From assembly GCA_030432195.1 (NCBI GenBank), contig JAUIHE010000002.1, forward strand, positions 5,045 through 69,044: a stretch of 64,000 nt of DNA, read 5' to 3'. This DNA is from Alphaproteobacteria bacterium. Its GTDB lineage: Bacteria > Pseudomonadota > Alphaproteobacteria > UBA7985 > JAUIBT01. Shown in pieces: positions 55,836 to 64,000 of the stretch. Made by a program: the position numbers and the translations under genes. The number at the start of each line of letters is the position of its first letter. Position 1 is the stretch's first letter. Below the pieces are notes generated by a model. That model saw only the letters and a program-made list of their open reading frames with translations, searched no databases and was not told the origin of the DNA.

Positions 55836-56492
55836 ATGAACGCTCTATCGTTTCTTTCGACCTTGCTAAATCGCTCCCTGGTTGCTGGTGTGATGGGGAT
55901 CGCGGCGCTGTTTGCTGGCGGTGCCCATGCACAGAATATCACCGACGCCGAGTTGCTGGCCGTCGTTGAAGCCGAGCAAGTTCTGAACGGCGTGATTACC
56001 GCGCAAGGCCGCTTTACGCAGCAAGATTCGCTGGGTGGGCAGGCGAGTGGCGAGGTCGCGATCTGGCGGCCGGGTCGGCTGCGCTTTGACTACGATGCGC
56101 CCAGTCCAACGCTGATTTTGGCCGATGGCTACTTTGTAATGAGCGTCGATCGCGAGCTTGAAAACGTGGCGCACCAGCGCATCTCGCGCTCGCCGCTCTA
56201 TTTCCTTTTGGATCAGCGCGTCGAGTTCACCAAGGGGCTGAACCTTGTTGATGTTGTATTGGGCGACCAGTTGTTGGAAATCACGGTCCAACGCCAAGGC
56301 CGTGAAGACGAGGGTTTCTTGACCCTTCTGTTCCACCCGCAGACAAAAGAGCTGCTGGGTTGGCGTACCGTTGACGCTCAAGGCGTCACCACGCTGTTGC
56401 AGCTGGAATTTATGAGCTATGGCGTGCCCATGAATGAAGAAGCGTTCCGATTACCTGCCGGTTATGGCCGCGACGATCGCGATCGCAACTAG
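55836..56492 (+). CDS. lolA: Outer-membrane lipoprotein carrier protein LolA
   Basis: Signal peptide (GIAALFAGGAHA/Q); size and conserved ftsK-lolA synteny; LolA-like beta pattern (GRFTQQD...). Confidence 0.7.
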   Translation: MNALSFLSTLLNRSLVAGVMGIAALFAGGAHAQNITDAELLAVVEAEQVLNGVITAQGRFTQQDSLGGQASGEVAIWRPGRLRFDYDAPSPTLILADGYFVMSVDRELENVAHQRISRSPLYFLLDQRVEFTKGLNLVDVVLGDQLLEITVQRQGREDEGFLTLLFHPQTKELLGWRTVDAQGVTTLLQLEFMSYGVPMNEEAFRLPAGYGRDDRDRN

Positions 56493-56603
56493 CCCAAGTT
56501 TCGGCGCGGCGAGAGCGAGCGCGCCAAGCACAAGCCTTGCCTCTTTGCCGTTCTTGGCACCATAGTAGCGCCTTCGTTAGATCCGTCGCGATAGAGAGGC
56601 TAC

Positions 56604-58106
56604 ATGGCGCGTTATTTGCTCGCAATCGACCAAGGAACCACCTCGTCTAGGGCTATTGTCTATGATGAGAGCCTGGCACCGATCGTCAGCGCCCAACAGG
56701 AATTCCAACAGCACTTTCCGCAAGAAGGCTGGGTCGAGCACGACCCCATGGATCTATGGCAGACAGTTTTGGACTGCGCGCGCCAGGCCATAGCCAAAGC
56801 GGGCCTACAAGCCAATGAGATCGCCGCCATCGGCATCACCAATCAGCGCGAAACCACTTTGGTTTGGGATCGTGCAACCGGCGAGCCCATTTATCCGGCG
56901 ATCGTCTGGCAAGACCGGCGCACAATGCAGCGCTGCCAACAGCTCAAGGCCGAGGGGTTGGAGGATGAAGTTCGCGCGCGCACGGGCTTGCTGCTGGACC
57001 CCTATTTCTCTGCGACCAAGCTGGCATGGATCTTGGATCAGGTCGCGGGCGCACGCGAAAAGGCCAAGTCCGGGCAGTTGGCCTTTGGCACGGTAGACAC
57101 CTGGCTGATTTGGCACCTGACCGGTGGTGTACGCCACGTGACCGATGCCACCAACGCTGCGCGCACCATGCTCTATAATATCCACGAAGGCTGCTGGGAC
57201 GACACCTTGCTTGCGGCGTTGGACATTCCCGCTGGCATGTTGCCCCAGGTGCAAGACTGTGCGTCTGATTTTGGCACGACCTTGCCCGACCTGTTGGGCG
57301 CGAGCCTGCCCATTCGCGGCGTTGCAGGAGACCAGCAAGCGGCCACCGTCGGCCAGGCCTGCTTTTCTCCTGGCATGCTGAAATCGACCTATGGCACAGG
57401 GTGTTTTGCTTTGCTCAATACCGGAGCGCGTGCCATTACCTCGGAAAACCGCCTGCTGACCACGATTGCCTATCAATTGGACGGGCAGCCAAGTTATGCG
57501 CTGGAAGGCTCGATCTTTGTTGCGGGCGCACTGGTGCAGTGGATGCGGGACGAGCTGGGCATCGTTGAAAAGGCGAGCCAGACGCAGGCCATGGCTGAAG
57601 CCGCTGACCCGAGCCAGCGCGTCTATTTGGTGCCTGCATTTACCGGCTTGGGTGCGCCCTATTGGCAAGCGCGCGCGCGCGGCAGCCTGTTGGGGATGAC
57701 CCGCAACACCGGCCCCAAGGAGATTGCACGCGCGGGCTTGCAGGCCATCGGCTATCAGACCGGTGATCTAATGACGGCCATGGTGGGCGATTGGCCCGCG
57801 CTGGCCGACATGGCCGGGGTGCTGCGCGTCGATGGTGGCCTGGTCGCCAACGACTACGCGATGCAGTTCTTGGCGGACATCTTGGGCAGGCCGGTTGAAC
57901 GACCCGAAAACATCGAGACGACTGCTTTGGGCGCCGCGGCTTTGGCTGCGTTAGGGGCCGGGCTCTTGCCTGATTTGACTGCTCTGCAACGGAACTGGCG
58001 CTTGGATCGCCGCTTTGAACCGACCATGGCGGAAGCCGAACGGCAGGCCGGATTGAGGGGCTGGACCAAGGCCATCGCCGCGACCCGACTGATGGCCGAG
58101 GATTAG
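56604..58106 (+). CDS. glpK: Glycerol kinase
   Basis: 500-aa ORF; [17 protein letters not shown]-terminus and FGGY-family motifs. Confidence 0.95.
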   Translation: MARYLLAIDQGTTSSRAIVYDESLAPIVSAQQEFQQHFPQEGWVEHDPMDLWQTVLDCARQAIAKAGLQANEIAAIGITNQRETTLVWDRATGEPIYPAIVWQDRRTMQRCQQLKAEGLEDEVRARTGLLLDPYFSATKLAWILDQVAGAREKAKSGQLAFGTVDTWLIWHLTGGVRHVTDATNAARTMLYNIHEGCWDDTLLAALDIPAGMLPQVQDCASDFGTTLPDLLGASLPIRGVAGDQQAATVGQACFSPGMLKSTYGTGCFALLNTGARAITSENRLLTTIAYQLDGQPSYALEGSIFVAGALVQWMRDELGIVEKASQTQAMAEAADPSQRVYLVPAFTGLGAPYWQARARGSLLGMTRNTGPKEIARAGLQAIGYQTGDLMTAMVGDWPALADMAGVLRVDGGLVANDYAMQFLADILGRPVERPENIETTALGAAALAALGAGLLPDLTALQRNWRLDRRFEPTMAEAERQAGLRGWTKAIAATRLMAED

Positions 58107-58114
58107 CGCAGTGC

Positions 58115-58222
58115 CTAGAGCGTCGGGCCCCGTCGTTGCAACAGCCTTTCCGCTCTAGCTGACTGATTTCTAACGCAAGTCCATGCTCATGCGTTGCGCC
58201 ACTCATTCGCGGCTTGCTGCAG
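58115..58222 (-). repeat. ~108-bp structured intergenic repeat, copy 3 (inverted)
   Basis: Its reverse complement aligns with 13149-13256 (about 11 mismatches by eye). Confidence 0.85.
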
Positions 58223-58433
58223 GCGTCCCGTCTCAGCGTGCCTGGAATATTCGCGATGATTTTTGCGGAAGACCTAACAAGCCCTGGCTTCCCCTTTGTT
58301 GCTCGGCACAGCGGCAGGGAACGGGGCGCCTTCTCGCGAAGTATGCAGGCATACGCAATGCCCGTGACGCAAGGCGATCCAGGCCGCTAGGCCGATGCGT
58401 TCGGGGATGCTCAAATTGTCAGGAAAAGAAAAA

Positions 58434-58518
58434 TGGTGGACAGGGTTGGATTCGAACCAACGTAGGCATAGCCAGCGGATTTACAATCCGCCCCCTTTAG
58501 CCGCTCGGGCACCTGTCC
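58434..58518 (-). tRNA. tRNA-Tyr (anticodon GTA), class II with long variable arm, CCA encoded
   Basis: Reverse complement GGACAGG-TG-CCCGAGCGGCTAAAGGGG-GCGGA-TTGTAAA-TCCGC-TGGCTATGCCTAC-GTTGG-TTCGAAT-CCAAC-CCTGTCC-A-CCA folds as a cloverleaf. Confidence 0.9.
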
Positions 58519-58556
58519 ACGCCGCGCGCAAGGCTTTTCGCGCTGCGGGAGTGCGC

Positions 58557-58585
58557 GGTTTAGCAGCCGACTTTGATGCCGTCAA
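58557..58585 (-). promoter_or_regulatory. Candidate sigma-70 promoter of tRNA-Tyr (TTGACG-N17-TAAACC)
   Basis: On the minus strand, -35 at 58585-58580 and -10 at 58562-58557, with an A-rich tract upstream; about 38 nt before the tRNA 5' end. Confidence 0.35.
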
Positions 58586-58690
58586 CTGGCTTTTCGGCCT
58601 TTTTTATTGAGCTGGCACGCTAGGGGCCTTAAAGGTGAGCCCACAGCCCCGCTGGGCCATCAAAAAGGCCCGGCCAAAGGAAAAGAAATC

Positions 58691-59473
58691 GTGTCGCAGA
58701 ATAAAATGTTGAAGTTGCCCAAGGGCGCGCTGTCGAAAAAGCGCCGCCCGACCAAACACTGGATTTGGGGGCACCATGCGGTTGAGGCGGCATTGCGAAA
58801 TCCAAGCCGAAAAGTCAAACGCTTGCTGGTCTATCCCGACCTGCTGCCTAACCTGTTGCCCGTGCTTGACGCGATGGACATTCCGCCGGCGATCAGCGAA
58901 GCCCGGAAAGCAGACATCGACGGGTTGTTGCCCGAAGGCGCGGTGCATCAAGGCTATGCGCTTGAGTGCAACCCGCGCGCAGAATTGACCTTGGGTCAGT
59001 TCTTGGCCCAGCCAAAGGAACAGCGCCGTCTGCTGGTGGCTTTGGATCAAGTCACCGACCCGCATAACGTCGGCGCAATCTGGCGCTCGGCGGCGGCCTT
59101 TGGCGCAGGGGGCCTGCTTTTGACCGAACGCCACGCTCCGAACGAGACCGGCGTTCTAGCCAAGACCGCCTGCGGCGGTTTGGAGGTGGTGCCGCCGGTG
59201 CGGGTGCGCAATTTGTCGGACAGCCTGGAGGCCTTAAAAGAAAAGGGGTATCGCATCCTGGGCTTGGCGGGCGAAGCGGAAACCCGCCTCAATGCGCTGG
59301 AGCCGTCTGAGTTAAACGTGTTGGTGCTGGGCGCCGAGGGCGACGGGATGCGCCAACGCACGCGGCAGACCTGTGATGTGCTAGTGCGCCTGCCGACCCG
59401 CCCCCCAATCGACCACCTAAATGTTTCTAATGCTGCGGCCATTGCGCTCTATGCGCTTGCGTCTTATGCCTAA
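58691..59473 (+). CDS. rlmB: 23S rRNA (guanosine-2'-O)-methyltransferase RlmB (SpoU/TrmH family)
   Basis: SpoU motifs DPHNVGAIWRSAAAFG, VLGAEGDGMR, LNVSNAAAIALY. Start is GTG 58691 or ATG 58706. Confidence 0.8.
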   Translation: MSQNKMLKLPKGALSKKRRPTKHWIWGHHAVEAALRNPSRKVKRLLVYPDLLPNLLPVLDAMDIPPAISEARKADIDGLLPEGAVHQGYALECNPRAELTLGQFLAQPKEQRRLLVALDQVTDPHNVGAIWRSAAAFGAGGLLLTERHAPNETGVLAKTACGGLEVVPPVRVRNLSDSLEALKEKGYRILGLAGEAETRLNALEPSELNVLVLGAEGDGMRQRTRQTCDVLVRLPTRPPIDHLNVSNAAAIALYALASYA

Positions 59474-59567
59474 AGACTAAGACGCCGCCGGAAGCGTTTT
59501 GCGCCTACGGCGCACGCTAGGCTGGCCGCGTGGCGACACCCGCTTGACCTGCTTGTTCGATCGACCC

Positions 59568-60590
59568 ATGACCTTGACATCGCAATCTTACATCGAAACC
59601 CGCATTGAGGCTCTGTTAGGCCGCTGGGAGGGGCGTTGGTTTGATATTTCAAGCGGCGGCAAGGCAGCGCCACCACCGCCAAGCGAGGAGCCTGTTCCAG
59701 AGCGCCTGCATGCCTTGACCTTGCCAGAGCGCGAGGGCGCGCAAGAGCATCTGATCGTCACGCACGGCAACGGCATGACAGCGGCGACGCACGCCAACCT
59801 GGCGCTGGCGCTGGCGGAGGCCAACCCCAATATTCAGCCCTGGTTGGTAGACACGCGCGGTCACGGGCGCTCAACACTCTCGCTTGATCCGGCCAAATTG
59901 CGCGATTTCAAGCGCTATAGCGCTGATTTGAAAGCGTTTTGCCGGGGCTTGCCAGGCCGACTTCATTTCATTGGCCACTCGATGGGGGCTTTGCTGGCCA
60001 TGCGCGAAGCCACTGATCTTTGTGCCGAGACGCCTGAGCGCGTCGGCTCGCTGATCCTGCTGGAGCCAACGCTGCTATCGCGATCGCTCTATGCCGCGAT
60101 GACGGTCGGCCACTACATTCCATCACTGATGCGTCGCCTCAACCCCTTGATCAAGCCCGCTGCGCGCCGTCGCCCGGCTTGGGAGAGCTGGTCGCAGATG
60201 TTCGCCTCCTATGAGGACAAGGAACTGTTTGCCGCCTTCGATCCTGACAGTTTTGCAGGCTATCTGGCGACGGGGATAAAGGCGAGCCAGTTTGGCGTCG
60301 CCCTGTCTTGCGCACCGGCGGTAGAAGCCGCCAATTTCCAATGGCTCGACCTGAGCCTTTGGGGCACCATCAAGCGGCGGCGAACGATCCGTGATGTGCC
60401 AACTTTGTTGGCCTATGGCAAGCTGACGGGCTCAACGGTTTCACAAGGTCGCGTGGCCGAGGTGGAGGCCCTGTTTCGAAATCTGACGGTCTTGGGGGTC
60501 GATGATGCGGACCATTTCTTGCCCATGACCCACGTTGAGCTGCTGCAACGCGAATTGCTCCGCTTTCACCAATCCCTGCCGCAAGGCTAG
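59568..60590 (+). CDS. Alpha/beta-fold hydrolase
   Basis: Nucleophile elbow FIGHSMGALLA; ATG at 59568. Confidence 0.7.
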   Translation: MTLTSQSYIETRIEALLGRWEGRWFDISSGGKAAPPPPSEEPVPERLHALTLPEREGAQEHLIVTHGNGMTAATHANLALALAEANPNIQPWLVDTRGHGRSTLSLDPAKLRDFKRYSADLKAFCRGLPGRLHFIGHSMGALLAMREATDLCAETPERVGSLILLEPTLLSRSLYAAMTVGHYIPSLMRRLNPLIKPAARRRPAWESWSQMFASYEDKELFAAFDPDSFAGYLATGIKASQFGVALSCAPAVEAANFQWLDLSLWGTIKRRRTIRDVPTLLAYGKLTGSTVSQGRVAEVEALFRNLTVLGVDDADHFLPMTHVELLQRELLRFHQSLPQG

Positions 60591-60615
60591 GACGTATTTG
60601 GATAGACCAAGACCT

Positions 60616-61890
60616 GTGACTGCTCTTACTCCGGCAACCGCCGCTTCCGCGACTTTGACCCCGCCTGCTACAGCTATGAGCGGCCGATTGAGCCTGCCGG
60701 GCTCCAAATCCATTACCAACCGCGCACTGCTGCTCGCGGCGCTGGCCAAGGGGCGAAGCCGGTTGAGCGGCGCGCTGACCAGCGACGATACCCGCCACAT
60801 GTCTACGGCCCTGCGCGCGATGGGCGTGCAGGTCGAACAGCCCGACGAGACCAGCTTTTCGGTCGAGGGCAATGGCCGTTTGGCGCCCGCTGACGCGCCC
60901 TTGTTCCTGGGCAATGCCGGAACCGCGACGCGCTTCATCACCGCGGCCGTGGCGGTTCAGCAGGGCCGTTTTGTTGTGGATGGCGACGAGCACATGCGCA
61001 AGCGCCCCATTGCTCCCCTGGTTGACGCGCTAAAGCGTTTGGGGGTCAAAGCCAGCGCACCCAGCCAATGCCCCCCAGTGACCATTGATGCCAGCGGCGG
61101 TTTCGCGCAAGACAGCGTAGAAATCGACGGCGGCCTGTCCAGCCAGTACGTTTCTGCCATCCTGATGGCGGCGGCTTGCTTGCCCACGCCGTTTGATCTG
61201 CGCCTCGCGGGCGCTGACATCGGGGCCAAGGGCTATATTGATATCACCCTGGCGGTCATGCGTGCGTTTGGTGCGGTGGTAGAAAGCCCCGCTCCCGGCC
61301 ATTGGCGTTTGCAGGGCGGCGGCTATCAAGCCTGCGATTTTGCCATTGAGCCAGATGCATCGGCGGCGACCTACTTGTGGGCGGCCGAGCGCATGAGTGG
61401 CGGCAACATTGATCTGGGCGTTGATCCTGAAGGGATGAGCCAACCGGATGCCAAGGCGTGGCATGTGATCCAAGCCTGGCCCAACATGCCGGCGGTCATC
61501 GACGGCAGCCAAATGCAAGACGCTATTCCAACGCTGGCGGTGCTGGCCGCCTTCAACGAAACGCCGGTGCGTTTTGTTGGTATCGCCAATTTGCGGGTCA
61601 AAGAGTGCGACCGCACGGCGGCCTGTTGTGCTGAACTCAACAAACTAAAACCGGGTCTGGCGCAGGAGATCGGCGACGATCTGCTGGTCCATGGCGACCC
61701 CGGCTTGAAGGGGCAGACGACCACCGCCAAGATCCACACCTACGCCGACCACCGCATCGCGATGAGCTTTGCCTTGGCGGGCATCTTTATGCCGGGCCTG
61801 ACCATTTTGGATCCGGGTTGTGTCGCCAAAACCTATCCAAACTACTGGCGTGATATGAGCGCTTTGGGGCTGGGTGTAGCGCTGGCATAG
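60616..61890 (+). CDS. aroA: 3-phosphoshikimate 1-carboxyvinyltransferase (EPSP synthase)
   Basis: LPGSKSITNRALLLAALA and LGNAGTATRF motifs. GTG at 60616 lies just after the upstream stop; the track ORF from 60535 overlaps the hydrolase gene. Confidence 0.9.
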   Translation: MTALTPATAASATLTPPATAMSGRLSLPGSKSITNRALLLAALAKGRSRLSGALTSDDTRHMSTALRAMGVQVEQPDETSFSVEGNGRLAPADAPLFLGNAGTATRFITAAVAVQQGRFVVDGDEHMRKRPIAPLVDALKRLGVKASAPSQCPPVTIDASGGFAQDSVEIDGGLSSQYVSAILMAAACLPTPFDLRLAGADIGAKGYIDITLAVMRAFGAVVESPAPGHWRLQGGGYQACDFAIEPDASAATYLWAAERMSGGNIDLGVDPEGMSQPDAKAWHVIQAWPNMPAVIDGSQMQDAIPTLAVLAAFNETPVRFVGIANLRVKECDRTAACCAELNKLKPGLAQEIGDDLLVHGDPGLKGQTTTAKIHTYADHRIAMSFALAGIFMPGLTILDPGCVAKTYPNYWRDMSALGLGVALA

Positions 61891-61943
61891 CGCTGAAAAG
61901 CGGGCCAGATGCGCACGCTCGCTGGCGCGTGCAAGCGCAGCGA

Positions 61944-62423
61944 TCAGCGCAGCAACCGCTTGAGTTTACGCTGCTTTTCGACCTCAGCATCGGCGATGTT
62001 CTGACTGACCACCTGGGCTACATGGGCAAAGAAGGTCGGCGAAAAGCGTGCATAGGCGCCCGCATTGCCCGGCGGCGGACTGAAGGGCTCGAACAAGGGG
62101 CTAGGCCAGGTCACCTGATTGGCCCCAGTAGTGACCACCCAGGACCGTTCCTTCAAGCCAGCGCGCAGGCGTTCAGTGTGGGGGACGGCAAGGCCCTTGT
62201 CGGGCTCGCGCTGCTTCTTGGTACTGATGGCCAGCAGGGTGATTTGAAACAGGCCCGCGCCGATGGGCTCACGATGCAAAACCAGGACCGGGCGCACCTT
62301 GTCAGCGTGGTTCGGCGTGCGGGCGAAGTTGCGATTGACCCAAACATAGCGATAGCAGATCAGATCGCCGGCTTTGGGCGCGCGCGGTGGCAGATTGCCA
62401 AGGCTTTCGCTTGCCTTCATCAT
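61944..62423 (-). CDS. PemK/MazF-like (SH3-barrel) putative toxin
   Basis: 159-aa ORF; the PKAGDLICYRYVW...KVRPVLVL...ITLLAISTK pattern resembles the GD-x-(V/I)...RP-x-(V/L)V core of PemK-type proteins; ATGA overlap with the upstream small ORF. Confidence 0.4.
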   Translation of the reverse strand: MMKASESLGNLPPRAPKAGDLICYRYVWVNRNFARTPNHADKVRPVLVLHREPIGAGLFQITLLAISTKKQREPDKGLAVPHTERLRAGLKERSWVVTTGANQVTWPSPLFEPFSPPPGNAGAYARFSPTFFAHVAQVVSQNIADAEVEKQRKLKRLLR

Positions 62424-62680
62424 GATGCTTTGCTGCTGGCGGCGGCCTCTTGGGCAAGCCGCGCTTCTTCGTGCAAGGCGGCTTGCTCTTCGGCGCTCAG
62501 CTCGGCCCAGCTTAGAGCGTGGCGCTTGAAAGCCAACAGTTCGGCATAGTCGGAAAATGGCAGCAAGACGTGGCGCCCGCCGTTGCGGTCTTTGAGCCAG
62601 AAACGCTTGGGGCCGCGCCCGCGCAATAGGCGTGGGAGTTGGACCAAGAACGCCCGCTGCCAGTAAGTCTTGGTCTTCAC
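62420..62680 (-). CDS. Small protein, Phd/YefM-like putative antitoxin
   Basis: 86 aa from the GTG at 62680 (GTGA overlap with the chaC stop); RFWLKDRNGGRHVLLPFSDYAELL resembles the antitoxin beta-strand/helix core; acidic helical tail. Confidence 0.3.
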   Translation of the reverse strand: MKTKTYWQRAFLVQLPRLLRGRGPKRFWLKDRNGGRHVLLPFSDYAELLAFKRHALSWAELSAEEQAALHEEARLAQEAAASSKAS

Positions 62681-63405
62681 GCGCTCGCGCCGTCGCCGTT
62701 CAATGAGGGATCGCTTGGGGCGTTGGTCCGTTTCGCGGCGTGGAGCTGGGTTTCGAGCTGCTCCAGATAATCGCAAACAATGCCCTCTGAGCGCAGGCTG
62801 GCCAGGGTTTGCGTGAAATACTCAAAACTGCTGCCCAACAGGCCTTCACCGGTCAGCAGCATATGAACTTTTTGCTTGGGGCAGATGGGCCCGGTATAGC
62901 GCCCGCAATCGGGATCAATGACAAAGGTGAGCAGCGGTGTGCGCTGGCCTTCGACCTCGCCGTGTAGCCACAGTGGGCGGTAGGAGCCCGACAGCATTTC
63001 ACGACGCCAGAGCAAGAACAGCTCGTGTTCTAGGTTGTGGGGGCGGACCCGAAAAGCGCGCCCTTCTGTCTGTCCGCCTTCGTCCAGCGCCAACACAAGG
63101 CCCGGCTTTTCCGGGCTGCCGCGTCCAAAGCGCGTCTTTAGGCAAAAACGGCGACGGTAGCCTTGAACCGTGGCTGGCTTTTTTTGGTCATAGTCGAGCA
63201 AGGGATTCCAAATCAGCGAGCCGTAGCCAAAGATCCAAACGCCTTGATCGGGGGCGTAGTCGCTTGGGGCAGCGGCCAAAGTCGCGCGCACAGAGGCGCG
63301 CAGTTGGTCGTCGCTCCACAACGGATAATCGAGCTTCTCGCCCAGGGCGTTAGCTTCCTGCCGCCAGGCATCGGAAGCCAGAAACTCTTTGGTCAGCGCG
63401 GCCAT
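62677..63405 (-). CDS. chaC: Glutathione-specific gamma-glutamylcyclotransferase (ChaC family)
   Basis: VWIFGYGSLIWNP motif and catalytic-region LVLALDEGGQTEG; ATG at 63405 (track ORF extended to 63564). Confidence 0.8.
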   Translation of the reverse strand: MAALTKEFLASDAWRQEANALGEKLDYPLWSDDQLRASVRATLAAAPSDYAPDQGVWIFGYGSLIWNPLLDYDQKKPATVQGYRRRFCLKTRFGRGSPEKPGLVLALDEGGQTEGRAFRVRPHNLEHELFLLWRREMLSGSYRPLWLHGEVEGQRTPLLTFVIDPDCGRYTGPICPKQKVHMLLTGEGLLGSSFEYFTQTLASLRSEGIVCDYLEQLETQLHAAKRTNAPSDPSLNGDGASA

Positions 63406-63493
63406 GGCGCTTGGTGTCCTTTCAGATAGGGCAGGTCTGTGCCTGCTGGATAGAGCCAACGCAGAGCTGTGCGTCAAAGCGGGGGCTTGGTGA

Positions 63494-64000
63494 CTAGGCG
63501 TCGATCTCTGCGCTTTTGTCCTGCCAACCAGCGGCCAGTGCTGCGGCTTTGGCCTCGGCAGCAAGATCGCGGATCTTCGTCCAATTCTTATCTGCGATCA
63601 AGTCTTTCGGCAACATCCAGGAACCGCCCGCACAAACGACGTTCGGGCAAGACATGTAGTCGGCCAAATTGCTGAGGCTCACCCCGCCGGTGGGGCAGAA
63701 GACTAACCCAGCAAGTGGGCTGGCCAGGGCCTTGATTGCTTTGGCGCCGCCGGAGGCTTCAGCCGGGAAGAACTTCAAAAATTGGTAGCCAAGATTGTTG
63801 GCGTTCATGGCCTCAGTCGCGCTAGCAACCCCGGGCAACAAGGGCAAGCCCGCGTCTTGAGCGGCCTGCAACAACATAGCCGGAGAGCCAGGGGACACGC
63901 CAAAGGTGGCACCGGCTGCCTTGGCCGCGTGGATATCGTCGCTGTGGCGCAGCGTGCCTGCACCCACAATCGCGCCCTGGACGTCGCGCGCCATAGCCTC
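63494..64000 (-). CDS. eda: KDPG / KHG aldolase (partial, N-terminus beyond the window)
   Basis: GAGTL, LLPGV, LKFFPAEASGG, FCPTGGV motifs; the reading frame is open to the window edge. Confidence 0.85.
   Translation of the reverse strand, partial: EAMARDVQGAIVGAGTLRHSDDIHAAKAAGATFGVSPGSPAMLLQAAQDAGLPLLPGVASATEAMNANNLGYQFLKFFPAEASGGAKAIKALASPLAGLVFCPTGGVSLSNLADYMSCPNVVCAGGSWMLPKDLIADKNWTKIRDLAAEAKAAALAAGWQDKSAEIDA

Noticed and set aside
61929-62549. 206-aa plus-strand ORF opposite the toxin/antitoxin-like pair
   Set aside because: There is no Shine-Dalgarno sequence or motif. The minus-strand genes show tight start/stop coupling, which I consider stronger evidence. Confidence in either reading is still modest.

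Overview
High-GC (about 60%) chromosomal segment with alphaproteobacterial hallmarks: a RegB/RegA(ActS/ActR)-type pair, gltD-gltB order, leuS-lptE, ftsK-lolA, DUF2125 and tRNA-Tyr next to rlmB. I count about 58 protein genes and one tRNA. Coding density is high, and most long antisense ORFs in the track look like GC artefacts. Gene order: cobT; regB-regA; leuS-lptE; an orphan TRAP binding protein followed by thiM-thiE; an MlaC-like gene; a polyprenyl-P sugar transferase, a CDP-alcohol phosphatidyltransferase and an unknown membrane protein, convergent with uppP; gltD-gltB-pyrF; and a small autotransporter split by one extra G in a G6 run. Next is a phenylacetate catabolon (paaX, paaABCDE, a hotdog thioesterase, and paaK-paaI on the other strand). 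It is interrupted by cupin, Tat-signal agmatine-deiminase-family and cupredoxin genes and by an 844-bp repeat-rich non-coding stretch. Then follow an unknown polytopic membrane protein; a 766-aa PHP/DUF3604-like protein; class I FBA; the operon plsC / Zn-ribbon / DUF2125 / stand-alone ABC-type ATPase; yqjG; an L,D-transpeptidase; crcB; an RluA-family synthase; a HAD hydrolase; a UbiH-family monooxygenase; amtB without glnK; an aminotransferase; a very long ftsK; lolA; glpK; tRNA-Tyr; rlmB; an alpha/beta hydrolase; aroA; a PemK-like/Phd-like pair translationally coupled to chaC; and eda (partial). I see no CRISPR array, integrase, transposase, prophage or canonical defence island. The most interesting non-standard signals are: (1) a ~108-bp structured repeat present in 3 copies; (2) matched long-spacer inverted repeats at both paa promoters, which are candidate PaaX operators; (3) a tandem pair of TATACC-N4-GGTATA palindromes upstream of the cupredoxin gene; (4) the frameshifted autotransporter; (5) the chaC / antitoxin-like / toxin-like tricistron with GTGA and ATGA overlaps; (6) recurrent in-frame 15-bp tandem duplications (leuS start codon triplicated, three arrays in ftsK); (7) a low-GC 3' half of thiE; (8) the uncharacterised 766-aa protein. 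All family assignments come from reading motifs in the translations by eye. No database search was run.
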